Shown: positions 1 through 11,213 of the stretch, piece after piece
Numbering within the stretch: position 1 is the stretch's first letter
How the letters are laid out: the number at the start of each line of letters is the position of its first letter
NCBI GenBank assembly: GCA_963706025.1
Contig: CAVPLM010000001.1
Coordinates: forward strand, 1-37,602
Origin: an uncultured Actinomycetes bacterium
GTDB lineage: Bacteria > Actinomycetota > Thermoleophilia > RBG-16-64-13
DNA: 37,602 bases
Direction of reading: 5' to 3'
Position numbers and translations under genes: made by a program
The notes under the pieces: model-generated
What the model saw: the letters and a program-made list of their open reading frames with translations, nothing else
Told to the model about the DNA's origin: nothing
The model's database searches: none

Positions 1-367
1 CATACATGAGAACGCACGCCCCGTGAACGACGGGAGTACCTTCTCGCTCGCATAGTTCGATCGCCGCCTTCGATTCGCACCCACTTTGCAGCCACACGCG
101 AGGGATCTTCGCTTCGATGGCTTCCTGGACCGCCTTCTCGCTCTGCTTGGAGGGGGTAGCGACTATCACGCCTTCGACGGGGTCTTTCAGCGTGCTCAAT
201 CTTGGCTCGGACACCGACTCGTCCACATAGACGACGGAGACCTTGTAGCCCTTTTTGCCTAGTTCCTCATCGATCTTTACCCCTTGGACGCGGGTTGCTG
301 GGGAAGAACGCACAAGTGCTAGTTCGCGGTGGCTGAGGAACTCGTCGATCATTGCTCGAGTAGCCAT
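1..367 (-). CDS. CoA-binding protein (YccU/CoA_binding_2-like), runs off the window start
   Basis: Hand translation (not in ORF track): MATRAMIDEFLSHRELALVRSS...PVEGVIVATPSKQSEKAVQEAIEAKIPRVWLQSGCESKAAIELCEREGTPVVHGACVLMY. The VWLQxG and GxCxxM motifs fit the family; AAGGAG RBS upstream. Confidence 0.8.
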   Translation of the reverse strand, partial: MATRAMIDEFLSHRELALVRSSPATRVQGVKIDEELGKKGYKVSVVYVDESVSEPRLSTLKDPVEGVIVATPSKQSEKAVQEAIEAKIPRVWLQSGCESKAAIELCEREGTPVVHGACVLMY

Positions 368-608
368 GGGGGAGAGACTCCTTTCCGAAGCGGTTCGTGA
401 TGGGGCCCAGGCCGCTGCTCCGTCACTTCAGCCCATCTACGTAGCCCTGTGACTCCTCAAAACACCCGCCCACGTGAAGCCCGTCCATCGGTCTATACTC
501 AAGATGTGGGGAGAAGCCTCCCGGCCGCCGGCGGAGCTCCGCCCTTGGCGCGGAGGCCGGCGGCTCGGCGGCGCTGCCGCGGCCACCGGGCTGCGGTCGC
601 CGCTGATC

Positions 609-1804
609 TCAGCGCGAGCGCGCGTACACCGCTTCGGCCGCCTCGGGACCGCCGGGCTTCACGGCAACCCCCTGAGTCTTGAGGACCGACTCGAGAGCCG
701 TGAGGAAGAGCCGCACGTTGCGCTCGGTCGCCGAGTGACCCTGCAGTCCCACGCGCCAGACCTTCCCCGCCAGAGGACCTAGTCCCGCGCCGATCTCCAA
801 TCCGAACTGCCCGAGGAGCGCCCGGCGGGTGCCGAGGTCGTCGGCTCCCTCGGGGATACAGACGGAGTTGAGAGAGGCCAGGCGTTCCGCGGGGGGCACC
901 AGCATCTCGAGCCCCATGCCCTCGATGCCCGCGACCAGAGCCTCGTGATTGAGACGATGCCGGGCGAAACGCGCCTCCAGACCTTCCTCCAGGATGATCC
1001 GCAGGGCCTCACGCAACGCGTAGATCATGTTGACAGGCGCCGTGTGATGGTACTTCCGTTGTGCTCCCCAGTAATCGCCCACCATGGTCAGATCGAGGTA
1101 CCAGGAGGGCTCTTTCTTATTGCGCGCCAACATCGTCGCCACCGCTTTGTCGTTGAACGAAAGTGGAGCCAGTCCGGGGGAACAGGCCAGGCACTTCTGC
1201 GTGCCGCTGAAAGCCAGGTCTATCCCCCGGGCGTCGAGGGCCACCTCGACCCCACCCAGGGAGGTGACGCAGTCCAACATCATGAGGGCCCCATGCTCTT
1301 TGGCGATCGCCACGATGTCGGGCAGCGGCGGAGGCACGCCGGTGGAGGTCTCGGCGTGGACGACGGCTACGATCTTGGGCCGCTTGCCTTTCAAGGCCTC
1401 CGCCACTGCCTCGGGCTGGGCCGCCCGGCCCCACTCTACCTCGACGGGGATGACCTCCGCCCCCAGCCGGCCGGCGCAGTCGACCATGCGGCTGCCGAAC
1501 ACCCCGTTCACACCACGGCCACCTGGTCCCCAGGTTCCACCAAATTGACGAAACAGGCTTCCATCCCGGCGCTGCCGGTGCCCGATACCGGTATGGTGAG
1601 CGTGTTCTCGGTCTGAAACACGGCCCTGAGCAGGGTCTGGGTCTCCGTCATCAGCTCGAGGAAGTCCGGGTCCAGGTGCCCCAGGGTGGGCGCGGCCATG
1701 GCGCGCAGCACCCGCGAGGGCACGTCGCTCGGTCCGGGACCCATCAGCACGCGGACCGCCGGGTCGAGATCGTGATAATCGTAGATGTTCAGCCTTTCGG
1801 GCAT
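609..1804 (-). CDS. Class V PLP aminotransferase (alanine/serine-glyoxylate aminotransferase family), one frameshift near 1513
   Basis: N-terminal LMGPGPSDV...GTGSAGMEA in ORF 1508..1867 joins [23 protein letters not shown] (PLP lysine) and YHHTAPVN in ORF 609..1835. GAGG RBS before ATG 1804. Confidence 0.9.
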
Positions 1805-1917
1805 CCTTGGCCTCCTCAATGGCTGTACGCAGCAATCAGCTGCCGTTTCACTCGTAGCCTGGTTCAAGCTTCGCTAAGATAGCAGGCAGGCGAGCCAGCA
1901 TCAGGGAAGCAGGGGTA

Positions 1918-3470
1918 GTGACCGAAACGTTGCTGAAAGAACTGCGGGCCATCGTTGGGCGAGAGAACGTGCTCGACAGGATGGTCGACCTTCAGACCTA
2001 CGAATACGACGCGTACTTGGAGCGGTCCCTGCCCTTGGCCGTGGTGTTCGTGCATTCCACGGCGGAAGTCTCCGCGGTGGTCGAACTGCTCTCCCGCGAG
2101 GGAGTCCGGATCGTGCCGCGCGGCGGCGGCACCAATCTCAGCGGGGGAGCCACGCTCTCGAAGGCGCGGTGGTCCTGGAGATGGGCCGCATGAGCAAGAT
2201 CCTCGAGATCGACCTTTCCAACCGGCGTATGCTTGTCCAGCCGGGCATCTTCAACCTCGACATCTCGACTGCGCTCTCGCCCCTCGGCTACTACTACGCC
2301 CCGATCCCGCCAGTCAGAAGGCCTGCTCCCTGGGCGGCAACATCGCCGAGAACGCGGGCGGGCCTCACTGCTTCAAGTACGGGGTAACGTCGAACCACGT
2401 GTTGGGGATCGAAGTAGTCCTGCCCGACGGCGAGGTCGTCTGGCTGGGAGGCAGCGTCTCGATCTTCCCGGCCTCGATCTGACCGGGGTCTTTGTGGGTA
2501 GCGAAGGGACCCTGGGGGTAGTCACGGCTGCGTTTCTGCGCATTCTCAGGAAACCAGAGGCGTCAAGACCCTGCTCGCCGTCTGCGGTACACTCGAAGAA
2601 GGAGGGCAGGTGGTCTCGGCCATCGTGGCCGCCGGGCTGGTCCCGGCCACCTTGGAGATGATGGACAACAGCGCCATCAACGCGGTCGAGGACGCTATGG
2701 CCTGCGGCTTTCCCCGGACGCCGCCGCGGTGCTCCTCATCGAGCTCGACGGACTGAGCGACGGCATGGAGGAGACGGCCGAGCAGATCGTGGCCATCTGC
2801 CGGGCCAACGGCGTGCAGAACGTGCGGGTGGCCCGGGACGAGGCGGAGAGGGCCACGCTCTGGAAGGGGCGCAAGGGCGCCTTCGGAGCTATCTCCCGCC
2901 TCACCCCGAACTACCTGGTCGCGATGGCACCGTCCCCGGACCGAGCTGCCGGAGGCGCTTCGCCGAGTCGCTGAGATCGGGAGGCGGTACGACCTGCAGG
3001 TGGCGAGCGTTTTCCATGCCGGCGACGGCAACCTGCATCCGCTTCTGCTCTTCGACAGCCGTAACGAGGAAGACAAGAAGAAGGTGATGGCTGCCGGCAT
3101 GGAGGTCCTGCAGGTCTGCGCCGACCTCGGCGGGACGGTGAGCGGCGAGCACGGCATCGGCATCGAGAAGCTCGAGGCCATGCATATGGTCTTCGACGAC
3201 AACGATCTGCGGGCCCAGGGCTTTGTCAAGGATGCCTTCGATCCGAGGGGTCTCTGCAATCCGGGGAAGGTACTACCAGGCCCGGGCGCGCCGGCCCCGC
3301 CGGCCGTGGCGCCGCGGTCGACGTCTAGGGAGCTCGCGAACGGCCAAGCCGTTCGCGCGGCTGACGGCGAGCGCCTCCCGCGATCTCCCTTCGGTCACAG
3401 TCCGCCCCTGATGCTTAGAATGGCGGGAAGAGAATCACGGACGGAATGCAAGCAAGGGAGGGCTCATTGA
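1918..3470 (+). CDS. glcD: FAD-linked oxidase, glycolate oxidase subunit GlcD-like, split by about 6 frameshifts; true stop uncertain
   Basis: Colinear motifs across frames: [76 protein letters not shown]. Confidence 0.8.
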
Positions 3471-4529
3471 GGTCGTCTCGTTATCTGCCGGTGGTCGGGC
3501 TGGGTCTTCTTGCGCTGATCTGGGGCTACTCGTGGGTGCCTCTCAAGATCGGCGTCGGCTATTGCGAGCCCTTCACGTTTGCGGCCTTGCGTACGCTTCC
3601 CGGCGGTCTCCTGCTGCTGGGTTTCGCCGCCGCCCTCCGCCGTCCGGTGCGGCCAAAGGCGATCAGACTCACCGTGCTCATAGGTGTCCTTCAGACCAGC
3701 GGTTTCTTGGGCCTTACCGCTGCAGCCCTGGTCGCCCGGCGGGGCTGGTCGACCGCCCTCCTAGCGAACACCTGGCAGTTCTGGATCCTGCTGATGGCCT
3801 GGCCAATCCTCGACGAGAAGCTCCACGGGTTCGGTGGCTCTCGGTCGGGTCGCGTTGGCCGGTCTGGTTCTGATAATCGAACCTTGGAACCTAGAGAACG
3901 CAGTAAGCGGCCTGTTGGCTCTCGCCGGGGCCTTTTGCTGGGCTGCGGGTTCGATCGCGGTCAAGATACTGCGGCGTCGCCACGAAGTCGACCTGCTGTC
4001 GCTGACTGGGTGGCAGACCTTCTATGGGTCGATCCTACTACTGTTGATCGCGGTTTTCGTCGAAAGCGATGCGCCGGAATGGACGAGCGAGTTTGTCTGG
4101 TCCTTGGTCTTCACCCTGGTCATGACCACCTGCGTGGCGTCCTTCATCTGGCTCTACGTACTGCGGGAGTTGCCGGCCGGTATCGCCGGTCTGGGGACGA
4201 TGGCTACCCCTGTCGTGGGTCTGCTCGCCTCCTGGGCGCAGCTGGGGGAGCAACCGACCGCGCCCGAGGTCGTAGGGATGATCGTTATTCTGATGGGTAT
4301 GGCGATCCTCTTCGCCCGGGGCATGAAGAGCACCGCTCCCGTTCCCGTGGGCGGACTCGCAACCGGGGAGGGGAACGAGTCTCGGATGCGGATCAGGGCC
4401 ACGGAGAGCCGGTCCTCCCTGACGAGGCAGGGAGGGGATGAGGTCCGCAAACGGCCGGCGCCGATCGAGGCGCCCGCGTTGTTGTTCGTGCCTACTCCCG
4501 TTCGAGGGGCAGCGGCCGCGGCATGGTGA
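3467..4529 (+). CDS. DMT/EamA family transporter, frameshifted near 3735-3835; 3' end uncertain
   Basis: LIWGYSW, PFTFAALR, CWAAGSI, PVVGLLASWAQLGE motifs and multiple hydrophobic helices across ORFs 3446 and 3834. TTG start after GGGAGG. Confidence 0.8.
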
Positions 4530-6068
4530 GCAACACGCCGTAGAGCACGCGGGAGGCGTGACCCCGTGTGGCCTCTGACCACGGGTCGAACCGGCCCGGG
4601 GACTTGCCGTCGACCAGATCGTTGTAGTGCGCCCAGTTGACGAAGGAGAGGTCGAGGGGCGACACATCGGCGAACCCGGCGTCATACCCAGGCGGGGGCG
4701 GAGTCAGCCAGTCCTGAGCTGCCCGCACTACCATCCTCACCAACTGGATGCGGGTGACGGTGTCGGCGGGCCGGAACGTCCCATCGGGGAATCCCTCCAC
4801 GATCCCGGCCCGCGTGGCTTCGCCGATGAAAACGGCCGTTTCATCGGAGACCGCCCCTATGTCCGTGTAGACCGGTCGCGGATCCGGTTCCGGCGTATGG
4901 GCGCCAAGCAGGCGCACGAGCATCGTGGCCAGCTGCGCTCTCGTGATGGGTGCGTAGGGTCTGAACGTATGGTCGGGGAATCCACTGACTATGCCCAGGC
5001 GGGCCAAGGTCTCGATTGGTTCGCGGAATATGTGATCGAAAGGCACGTCCACGAATAACGGGATCCACGGTCCGAAGGCCGTGAGGAAATCGGCGGATAC
5101 CGGTACCTCCACAGGCACGCCGTCTGTGGCGCGGGCCTCCCTGGTCACGACGACCGTGTAGATCGTCTCGCCAAGTAGCGGGTCGTTCGGGTCGATCACC
5201 GCTGTGCGGGTCTCAGCGTTGTAGAAGACCATGATGGGCACCGGATAAGGGGGCCACGGAGGGGGCATCCAGTCAGGGTCGAGTGTGGAGTCCACCTTCC
5301 AACCCGGTCGATCGTCTATGAACCAGATCGGCCCTCCGTATAGTTGCACCCCGCCCTGGCGGAGGGACTGGATGTCCATGTCACGGTCGAAGGTGATGCG
5401 GATGTTGGTATCCACTGGAACGTCGGCAGCTCCATCCGGGGGATCGAAGGCGGTCACTTCAGGGGCCGGGCCCACGTCGCCCACGGTGATCTGAGTCTCG
5501 AGATAGCTCGGCGACGGCTCGATGGTGTCTCCGTCCGGCAGCTGCGCCTGTGCGCCCTCTCCCCTTACAGGTGTGAACCAGGGTCCTTGCCAGGTCATGT
5601 AGCCCACCCGGTACACCCCGGTACGTTCGGCCGCGGTGATCTGGGCGAAGAAGCCAACGGTTGTGCCTTCCGACACAACATCCTTGACCGGCCCGAATGC
5701 CTGCCAGGCATAGCCTGGCGGCGCAGGCTGGAGCGTTTCGTATTGCCGCTCCTCGTCAGGCCCTGAAGCTCCGAGGCTGATCTTCTGCCCGCCGTCCAAC
5801 CGGTAAGTGACGGACCGGACCTCCCAGTCCTCCGGTACCAGAACTCCCAGCCGTATCCAGGTTTTCCCATCGGTGGGTACCGCGGCCGCGTCTTTCTCCA
5901 GAGGGTGGGCCGCGGCTGATCATGACCGACTGCATTCACAACCGCGGAGAAGGTGGCGCCGGGTTGGATCTTCTCCGGTTGCTCGACGGAAACGAGTTCC
6001 ACCCAAGCGAAGAGCATGATGGGCATGGCCGCCAGGGCGATGGCGGCAACGAGCCTCTGCGGGCTCAT
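4492..6068 (-). CDS. Secreted surface protein: signal peptide, Ig-like (Big_5-like) domain, C-terminal SLH domains; frameshift at about 5800-5900
   Basis: Signal MSPQRLVAAIALAAM; PEVTAFDPPDGAADVPVDTNIRITFDRDMD (Big_5-like); FVDVPFDH...GIVSGFPDHTFRPYAPITRAQ, GIVEGFPDGTFRPADTVTRIQ and ATRGH (SLH). Confidence 0.8.
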
Positions 6069-6185
6069 AGCGGTCCTCCCTTCAGACCGACCACGTGACC
6101 AACGGTGCGACGCGAAGCCTCTTGTAGCAGTTCCGTGGGCCCCGGTGACTTCCTCCTGATAGTGTAGCTGGTCTGCCGGCGCCGG

Positions 6186-7171
6186 CTAGATGATTGATGC
6201 CACGAACATGGCGCCAAAGAAGGGATTCGAGGCAGAGGGGCCAAAGCCGACGGTGTCAAAAGACATCGTCTGCTTGGAGGCCACGATGCCGCCGACCTGG
6301 ACACCCTCTGCACGTTGTTTATTGCACAGCCGATGATCTTTTGCCAGAGAGAAGGAGAAACGCCAGGCGCCGGACGACCGATGCCGAGATCGTCACGCTG
6401 GCTGTCGCCCAGGTCCTCATGGGTATCCCGTCCGACCGGCGCTTCCTGCGGGCGGCCCGCCGGCAAATCGGCCATCTCTTCCCTGAGCTTCCCACCCAGG
6501 ACGCGTATCACAAGCGCCGGGCACGGCTCACGGAAGCCATCGAATGGCTCTTCGGCGTGTTCTGCTCGAAGAGCCCGGAGCCGCATGATGATCTCCTTCT
6601 CCTTGACTCCACCCCGGTCGAGTGCGGCCGTTCTGTTGAGACCGTGCGGCGTTCGGCTCTGGCCGACATCTGTGGGTACGGCTACTCCCGCAGCCATTCC
6701 CGCTGGTTCTGGGGGTGTCGGCTTCATCTTGCCTGCGTCCCCGACGGCACCCCCAGGGGCGTCCAGCTTGCTCCGGCCGACCGGCCGGAACGGGGAAGTG
6801 GCCCTCGCGCTTCTTCCTCGTGCCCTGCGGGGCGGCGAGACCATCGTCTGCGACAAGGGGTACGCCGGCAAGGACTTCGAAGCGGAGGTGGGGAAGTTGG
6901 GGGCTATCATCGTCAGGCCCGACCGGGCGGACGAAGAGCAGAAAGGCCCCGCATATCGCGCCCATCCGGCAGCGCATCGAATCGGTCTTCTGGACCTGCA
7001 AGGATCTTCTCAACCTGGAGCGTCATGGGGCCCGCACCCCGAGGAACCTGGTGGTGCGCATCGTCACCAGGCTGCTTGCTCTTGTCGCCTGCATCTGCCT
7101 CAACTACGAGCTCGGTCGTCCCAGCCGGGCCATCGTCGATTACACTGCCTGACGTGGCATCAATCATCTAG
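6186..7171 (+). mobile_element. Insertion sequence, IS982-like, about 986 bp including flanking CTAG
   Basis: Perfect 19-bp inverted repeats CTAGATGATTGATGCCACG (6186-6204) and CGTGGCATCAATCATCTAG (7153-7171) bracket a DDE transposase. Confidence 0.9.
6285..7152 (+). CDS. IS982-family DDE transposase with several frameshifts
   Basis: TDAEIVTLAVAQ, LLLDSTPVECGRS, GYSRSHSRWFWGCRLHL, IVCDKGY and RQRIESVFWTCKDLLNLERH are spread over three frames. Confidence 0.8.
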
Positions 7172-8306
7172 GCATACTTGTCCAGCCCCAGATGGCGATG
7201 CTGCGCGATGAACGAGCGACGGCCGCTCTGCAGTAGCATGCGCAGATAGGCGAAGCCTTCGTAGGGAGGGAGTATCTTTCCAGGCCGGGTTCCGTGCAGT
7301 CGCGCACTCCGGCGCCCTCCCCACCCGCCTCCGGATGCTCGCGCCTCGTCCAAGGAAGAGGTGGCGCCGGGGAGGCGTCTCGTACGCTCCCCACCGACTG
7401 CTCGAACAGGGGACACAAGAACATCTCCCGCTGCTGCGGACGAAGAAGTAGTTGAACCCGCACGAGCACGGCTTCTTCATGCGGCCGGTACGCAGGAAGG
7501 CGGTCAACGCCCTCGCGTGATAGCTCCAGGTGAAATCCGGGCCCTCGTAGAACCCGGGCAAGGCGGACCCGGTCGGCCGGGGAGAGACGAGCTCCGCGGC
7601 CTGGTCGGGGTTCAGGTAGCGACCGGCGGTGACTATCGCCGGGACATGATGGTGAAGAGCCCGCGTTCCCGAGCGTATGCGGCGATCTTGTCCAGCTCGC
7701 CCACGTTCTCGGGCAAGACCGTGGTCTTCACCCCGACGATCAGATCGGGGTGATCGCTCCGCAACCTCACCAGGCCGGCTATCGTGCGCTCGACCTGGGA
7801 CCAGGCCCCCGGGTAGCGCCGGATGCGGTCGTGCAACTCGCCGACGGCATCGAGAGCACAGGCGATGACCAGCTCGAGCCCGTGATCGGCCATCGGCTCG
7901 AGCATCTCCTCTACCATGCTCACCACACTCGGTCAGCACCCCGTTGGTGGTGATGGCGAACGATCAAGCCGGGCAGGCAGGTCTCCTTCAGCTCGCAGAC
8001 CGCGGCCACCAGCGCCACCAGGTCGTCCCGCAGGAACGGCTCCCCGCCGGTGATGTCCAGCTCTCTCAGATCGCCCAGCAGGTCGGTCGAGAGGACTGCG
8101 ACCCACTCCCTCAGCGGCAGGTCGGTCACCGACGCGGGTATCTTCCAGATGTTGCACATGCGGCAGCGGCAGATGCAGCCATGGGTCACCTCCAGGCTGA
8201 CGGCCTGGGGTTTCCCTGGCATGCCCACCAGTCTGAGGCAGCGGTGGCGAATACCGTTTCGCACCAGCTTGGCGGCGATCATCGTGGTGGGGAATAGTTC
8301 CGTCAT
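7168..8306 (-). CDS. Radical SAM protein with C-terminal SPASM/twitch-like cysteines, frameshifted
   Basis: EVTHGCICRCRMCNIW (CX3CX2C), ITGGEPFLR, HDRIRRYPGAW; C-terminal PCSCGFNYFFV...LCPL...ECATCTEPG assembled across frames. ATG overlaps the methyltransferase TGA. Confidence 0.85.
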
Positions 8307-8971
8307 GGCCCCCATGAGCCCAAAACGGGGGCCTCCGCCTTCTGCACCAGATAGCACTTGGCTCGTAGGCTATCTCTCTTCGTACGATCCATGAAGACGG
8401 TGAACGGGAGGCTTCGCAATAGTATGAAGCCGAACCCATCGGTCCATGCATCGATCTGCCGGCTGCTGTGGCGGCACATCGTTACTGGTTCGCCGGTGCC
8501 GGTATGCTCGGGCCCCACCACGAATTCGAAGTCTTCATCCTCAGTGCGGTCCCCGACCTCGAAGACGAACGTACCTCTCGTCCTAAGAAGGCGCGCGGTC
8601 TCGGCGAACACGGGAGACAGGTCGCTGAAGAAGTTGAGCACTCCCAGGCAGACGGCGTGATCGAAGCTCTCCGAAGCATATGGGTAGGGAGTCGTGGAAA
8701 GGTCGTGGCGCGTGAGGTCGGCAAACCCCTTCATCCGGCAAGCCTTGAGCATGTTCTCTGAGATATCCATACCGTACACACGCAGCCCAGCTTTGCGAAA
8801 GAGGACCGATGCCAACCCGGTCCCTATGCCGATATCGAGGATCGGCTGACCCGGCCGGATATGCTCGTAGACCATGCTGAAGGCGAGTTCCGGCCCCAGC
8901 CACCCCGTTGCCTCTGCCTCCTTGTCATAGGCTTCGGCCATCTCGCGGATCTGCTCATCGTCTGAAGGCAT
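8303..8971 (-). CDS. Class I SAM-dependent methyltransferase
   Basis: ILDIGIGTG, VYGMDISENML, FDHAVCLGV motifs. Confidence 0.9.
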   Translation of the reverse strand: MPSDDEQIREMAEAYDKEAEATGWLGPELAFSMVYEHIRPGQPILDIGIGTGLASVLFRKAGLRVYGMDISENMLKACRMKGFADLTRHDLSTTPYPYASESFDHAVCLGVLNFFSDLSPVFAETARLLRTRGTFVFEVGDRTEDEDFEFVVGPEHTGTGEPVTMCRHSSRQIDAWTDGFGFILLRSLPFTVFMDRTKRDSLRAKCYLVQKAEAPVLGSWGP

Positions 8972-9000
8972 CTGGCGTCATCCAGCCCTTAAGAGGAGTC

Positions 9001-9837
9001 TCAGAAATGGTATGTCATCCCGGCGGCCGCGGGCGATACTCGTTCGCCCAAGGCATCGCGCAACTCGGTAACCGGGCGTTCGCCGGTGCAGTGGCACGGA
9101 GCCAGCACATCCGGGTTATGCAGTCGCAACGCCGAGATCGTCTGGTCCAGGCGCTCGGGGCCGGCGTCGAGCAGGTGAAAGCCTCCGATGACGGCTCTGA
9201 CCCGGACCTTTTTGGTCAGGCTGAGCACGTGATCCAAGGTATTCACCACACCCGCATGGGCGCAGCCCAGGCAGACTACCACCCCCAGGTCCGTCTCGAT
9301 CCAGAGGGCCAGATCGTCCTCGATGGGATCGGGGCACGTTCCCGCTGGATCAAAGTAGAAGGGTCCTCCCGCATCCTCGTAGCTGGTGAGGCGCGGGATG
9401 GGAGCGGTGATCCCGACCTTCTCGGTCAGCAGCAGAGGCTGCCGGACCCAGTGCATACGCGATGACGGCCACCCGTCCAGAACTGCCCTGGCTTGCTCCG
9501 ATATCCCGATGGCCTTCGCTTCCCTGTCACGAACGGCGTAGCGTGGCTGGAGGACTCCCGGATGGCAGTAGATGTCGACGTTCGGAGCCTGCTGGACGAC
9601 ATAGGCTATTCCGCCCGCGTGGTCGTAGTGCCCGTGACTGAGCACGAGGATGTCGGCCGTGGCCAAATCGACGCCGAGTTTCCGGGTGTTGCGAGCAAAT
9701 GCAGGTCCCTGTCCTGTATCGACCAGGATCCGCTTGTTCTCGGTCTCAATCCACAGGGACAGGCCGTGCTCGAACCCAAGCCCCTTGCCGGCCTTGTTGT
9801 CGACCAAGATCGTGATGCTCACAGTCTTTGATGTCAT
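9001..9837 (-). CDS. MBL-fold metallo-hydrolase (COG1237-like)
   Basis: EHGLSL, DTG, LSHGHYDHAGG, GCAHAG, GGFHL, PCHCTG. Confidence 0.9.
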   Translation of the reverse strand: MTSKTVSITILVDNKAGKGLGFEHGLSLWIETENKRILVDTGQGPAFARNTRKLGVDLATADILVLSHGHYDHAGGIAYVVQQAPNVDIYCHPGVLQPRYAVRDREAKAIGISEQARAVLDGWPSSRMHWVRQPLLLTEKVGITAPIPRLTSYEDAGGPFYFDPAGTCPDPIEDDLALWIETDLGVVVCLGCAHAGVVNTLDHVLSLTKKVRVRAVIGGFHLLDAGPERLDQTISALRLHNPDVLAPCHCTGERPVTELRDALGERVSPAAAGMTYHF

Positions 9838-9939
9838 AGTGTCAGTCTACCGGTGATCGCGGGAATCGTGCGTCGTTTGGCTGGGTAGGCCCTTCGGGTA
9901 TGTGAAGCGGCAGAGTCCGCGACCCGTGGAGGTGCAACC

Positions 9940-10320
9940 ATGGCAGAGTTGGCCAACTGGCCTGAGCTCGAGATCCTCAGCAATCCCCTCGAGCCGGAGG
10001 CGGCCGCCTTGGCCCCCGTCGAGATAAGGTTCCAGGTGAAGCCCGAGCCTGGGGAGAAGTGGGATAGCGAACTTGCGGCCGAGTGCTCGATCGCGGGCCA
10101 CCCGGCTGCCACTCCAGGCGCTGTGCTGAGTTTCCGAGCGTGGGAGCAAGATTCTGAGCCGACCCTCTATTGCTACGCCATCGCCCGCAATCTGCAAGAA
10201 GGCGCCCAGGTGAAGCTGAAGGTGCATCCGCGAGATGAGAAGCAGCGGGAGAAGCCGGAGATCGTTTGGGAGAAGGAGTTCAAGGTTAGGAAAGAAGGCG
10301 ATAAGTTCCGGCTGGAGTGA
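9940..10320 (+). CDS. Hypothetical protein, 126 aa
   Basis: GGAGG RBS, protein-like charged composition, stop overlaps the next start (GTGA). No family recognised. Confidence 0.75.
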   Translation: MAELANWPELEILSNPLEPEAAALAPVEIRFQVKPEPGEKWDSELAAECSIAGHPAATPGAVLSFRAWEQDSEPTLYCYAIARNLQEGAQVKLKVHPRDEKQREKPEIVWEKEFKVRKEGDKFRLE

Positions 10321-11057
10321 ACTCGCGCCCAGATCCTGATCAGCGGCGCTTGGTCACCGCCGGTATGCTGACCGATCTACCAGAACCGGCCCGGCGATAC
10401 CTGGAGTACACGGGCGTGGTGGGCCAGCCCTGGATCGACACCGTCCGCGTCAGGTACGAAGGCGTGTTCCGCATGGCTGCCGACAAGCCCTGGATGTCCA
10501 TCAAGGCTGAGCAGGTCTACACCACCGATCCACCTGGATTTCACTGGACGGCGCGTCTCAAGATGTTCGGCCTGTGGATGGTGAGCGGTAGCGACACCTA
10601 CAAAGCCGGGCGCGGCCACATGTTCGGCAAAGTTGCCGGTCTCTTGACCATATTCGATGCGCGCGGGGACGAACTTGATCAGGGCACCATGATGCGCTAC
10701 CTGAACGAGATGACCTGGTTTCCAGTCGCTCTGCTCAGCGACTACGTCACCTGGAAGGCGGTGGACGATCATTCCTTCGATGCCACCTTCACCGATCACG
10801 GAAAGAGCGTGAGCGCGCGTTTCTTCGTCGACCAGGCGGGGCGCCTGAACAACTTCGTGACGAAGCGCTATCGCGAGAGCAACGGGACCTACACGCTCGA
10901 TACCTGGACGACGCCGATGACGGAATACGGCAGATTGGCCGGGCTTAACCTTCCCGTCCGCGGGCAGGCGGTATGGAAGCTTTCCGACGGTGATCTGCCG
11001 TATGCCGACTTCACGCTGACCTCAGTCGAATACAACGTGCCGATCGAGGACTTCTGA
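10317..11057 (+). CDS. DUF6544/DUF6920-like protein
   Basis: LPEPARRYL, PGFHW, RYLNEMTWFPVAL, YGRLAGLNLP...AVW...LPY pattern. Confidence 0.8.
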   Translation: MNSRPDPDQRRLVTAGMLTDLPEPARRYLEYTGVVGQPWIDTVRVRYEGVFRMAADKPWMSIKAEQVYTTDPPGFHWTARLKMFGLWMVSGSDTYKAGRGHMFGKVAGLLTIFDARGDELDQGTMMRYLNEMTWFPVALLSDYVTWKAVDDHSFDATFTDHGKSVSARFFVDQAGRLNNFVTKRYRESNGTYTLDTWTTPMTEYGRLAGLNLPVRGQAVWKLSDGDLPYADFTLTSVEYNVPIEDF

Positions 11058-11213
11058 GATGGGCTCGCGCCCCCCGCACCGGTCGGGCCAGGGAGGTTCC
11101 AGGACCGGACGTGTCGATCAGCGATGTCCTGCTTGAGCCTTCGCCTCGCTATCATGGAGCGCGATTCCCGGCGGCGGTCCGGGCGGTACGAGGAGGGGGA
11201 GGGTGAAGGCGGC

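Noticed and set aside
1918-8300. Selenocysteine/pyrrolysine readthrough or programmed frameshifting as the cause of broken ORFs
   Set aside because: Breaks are frame changes, not in-frame stops, and are too many and too scattered.
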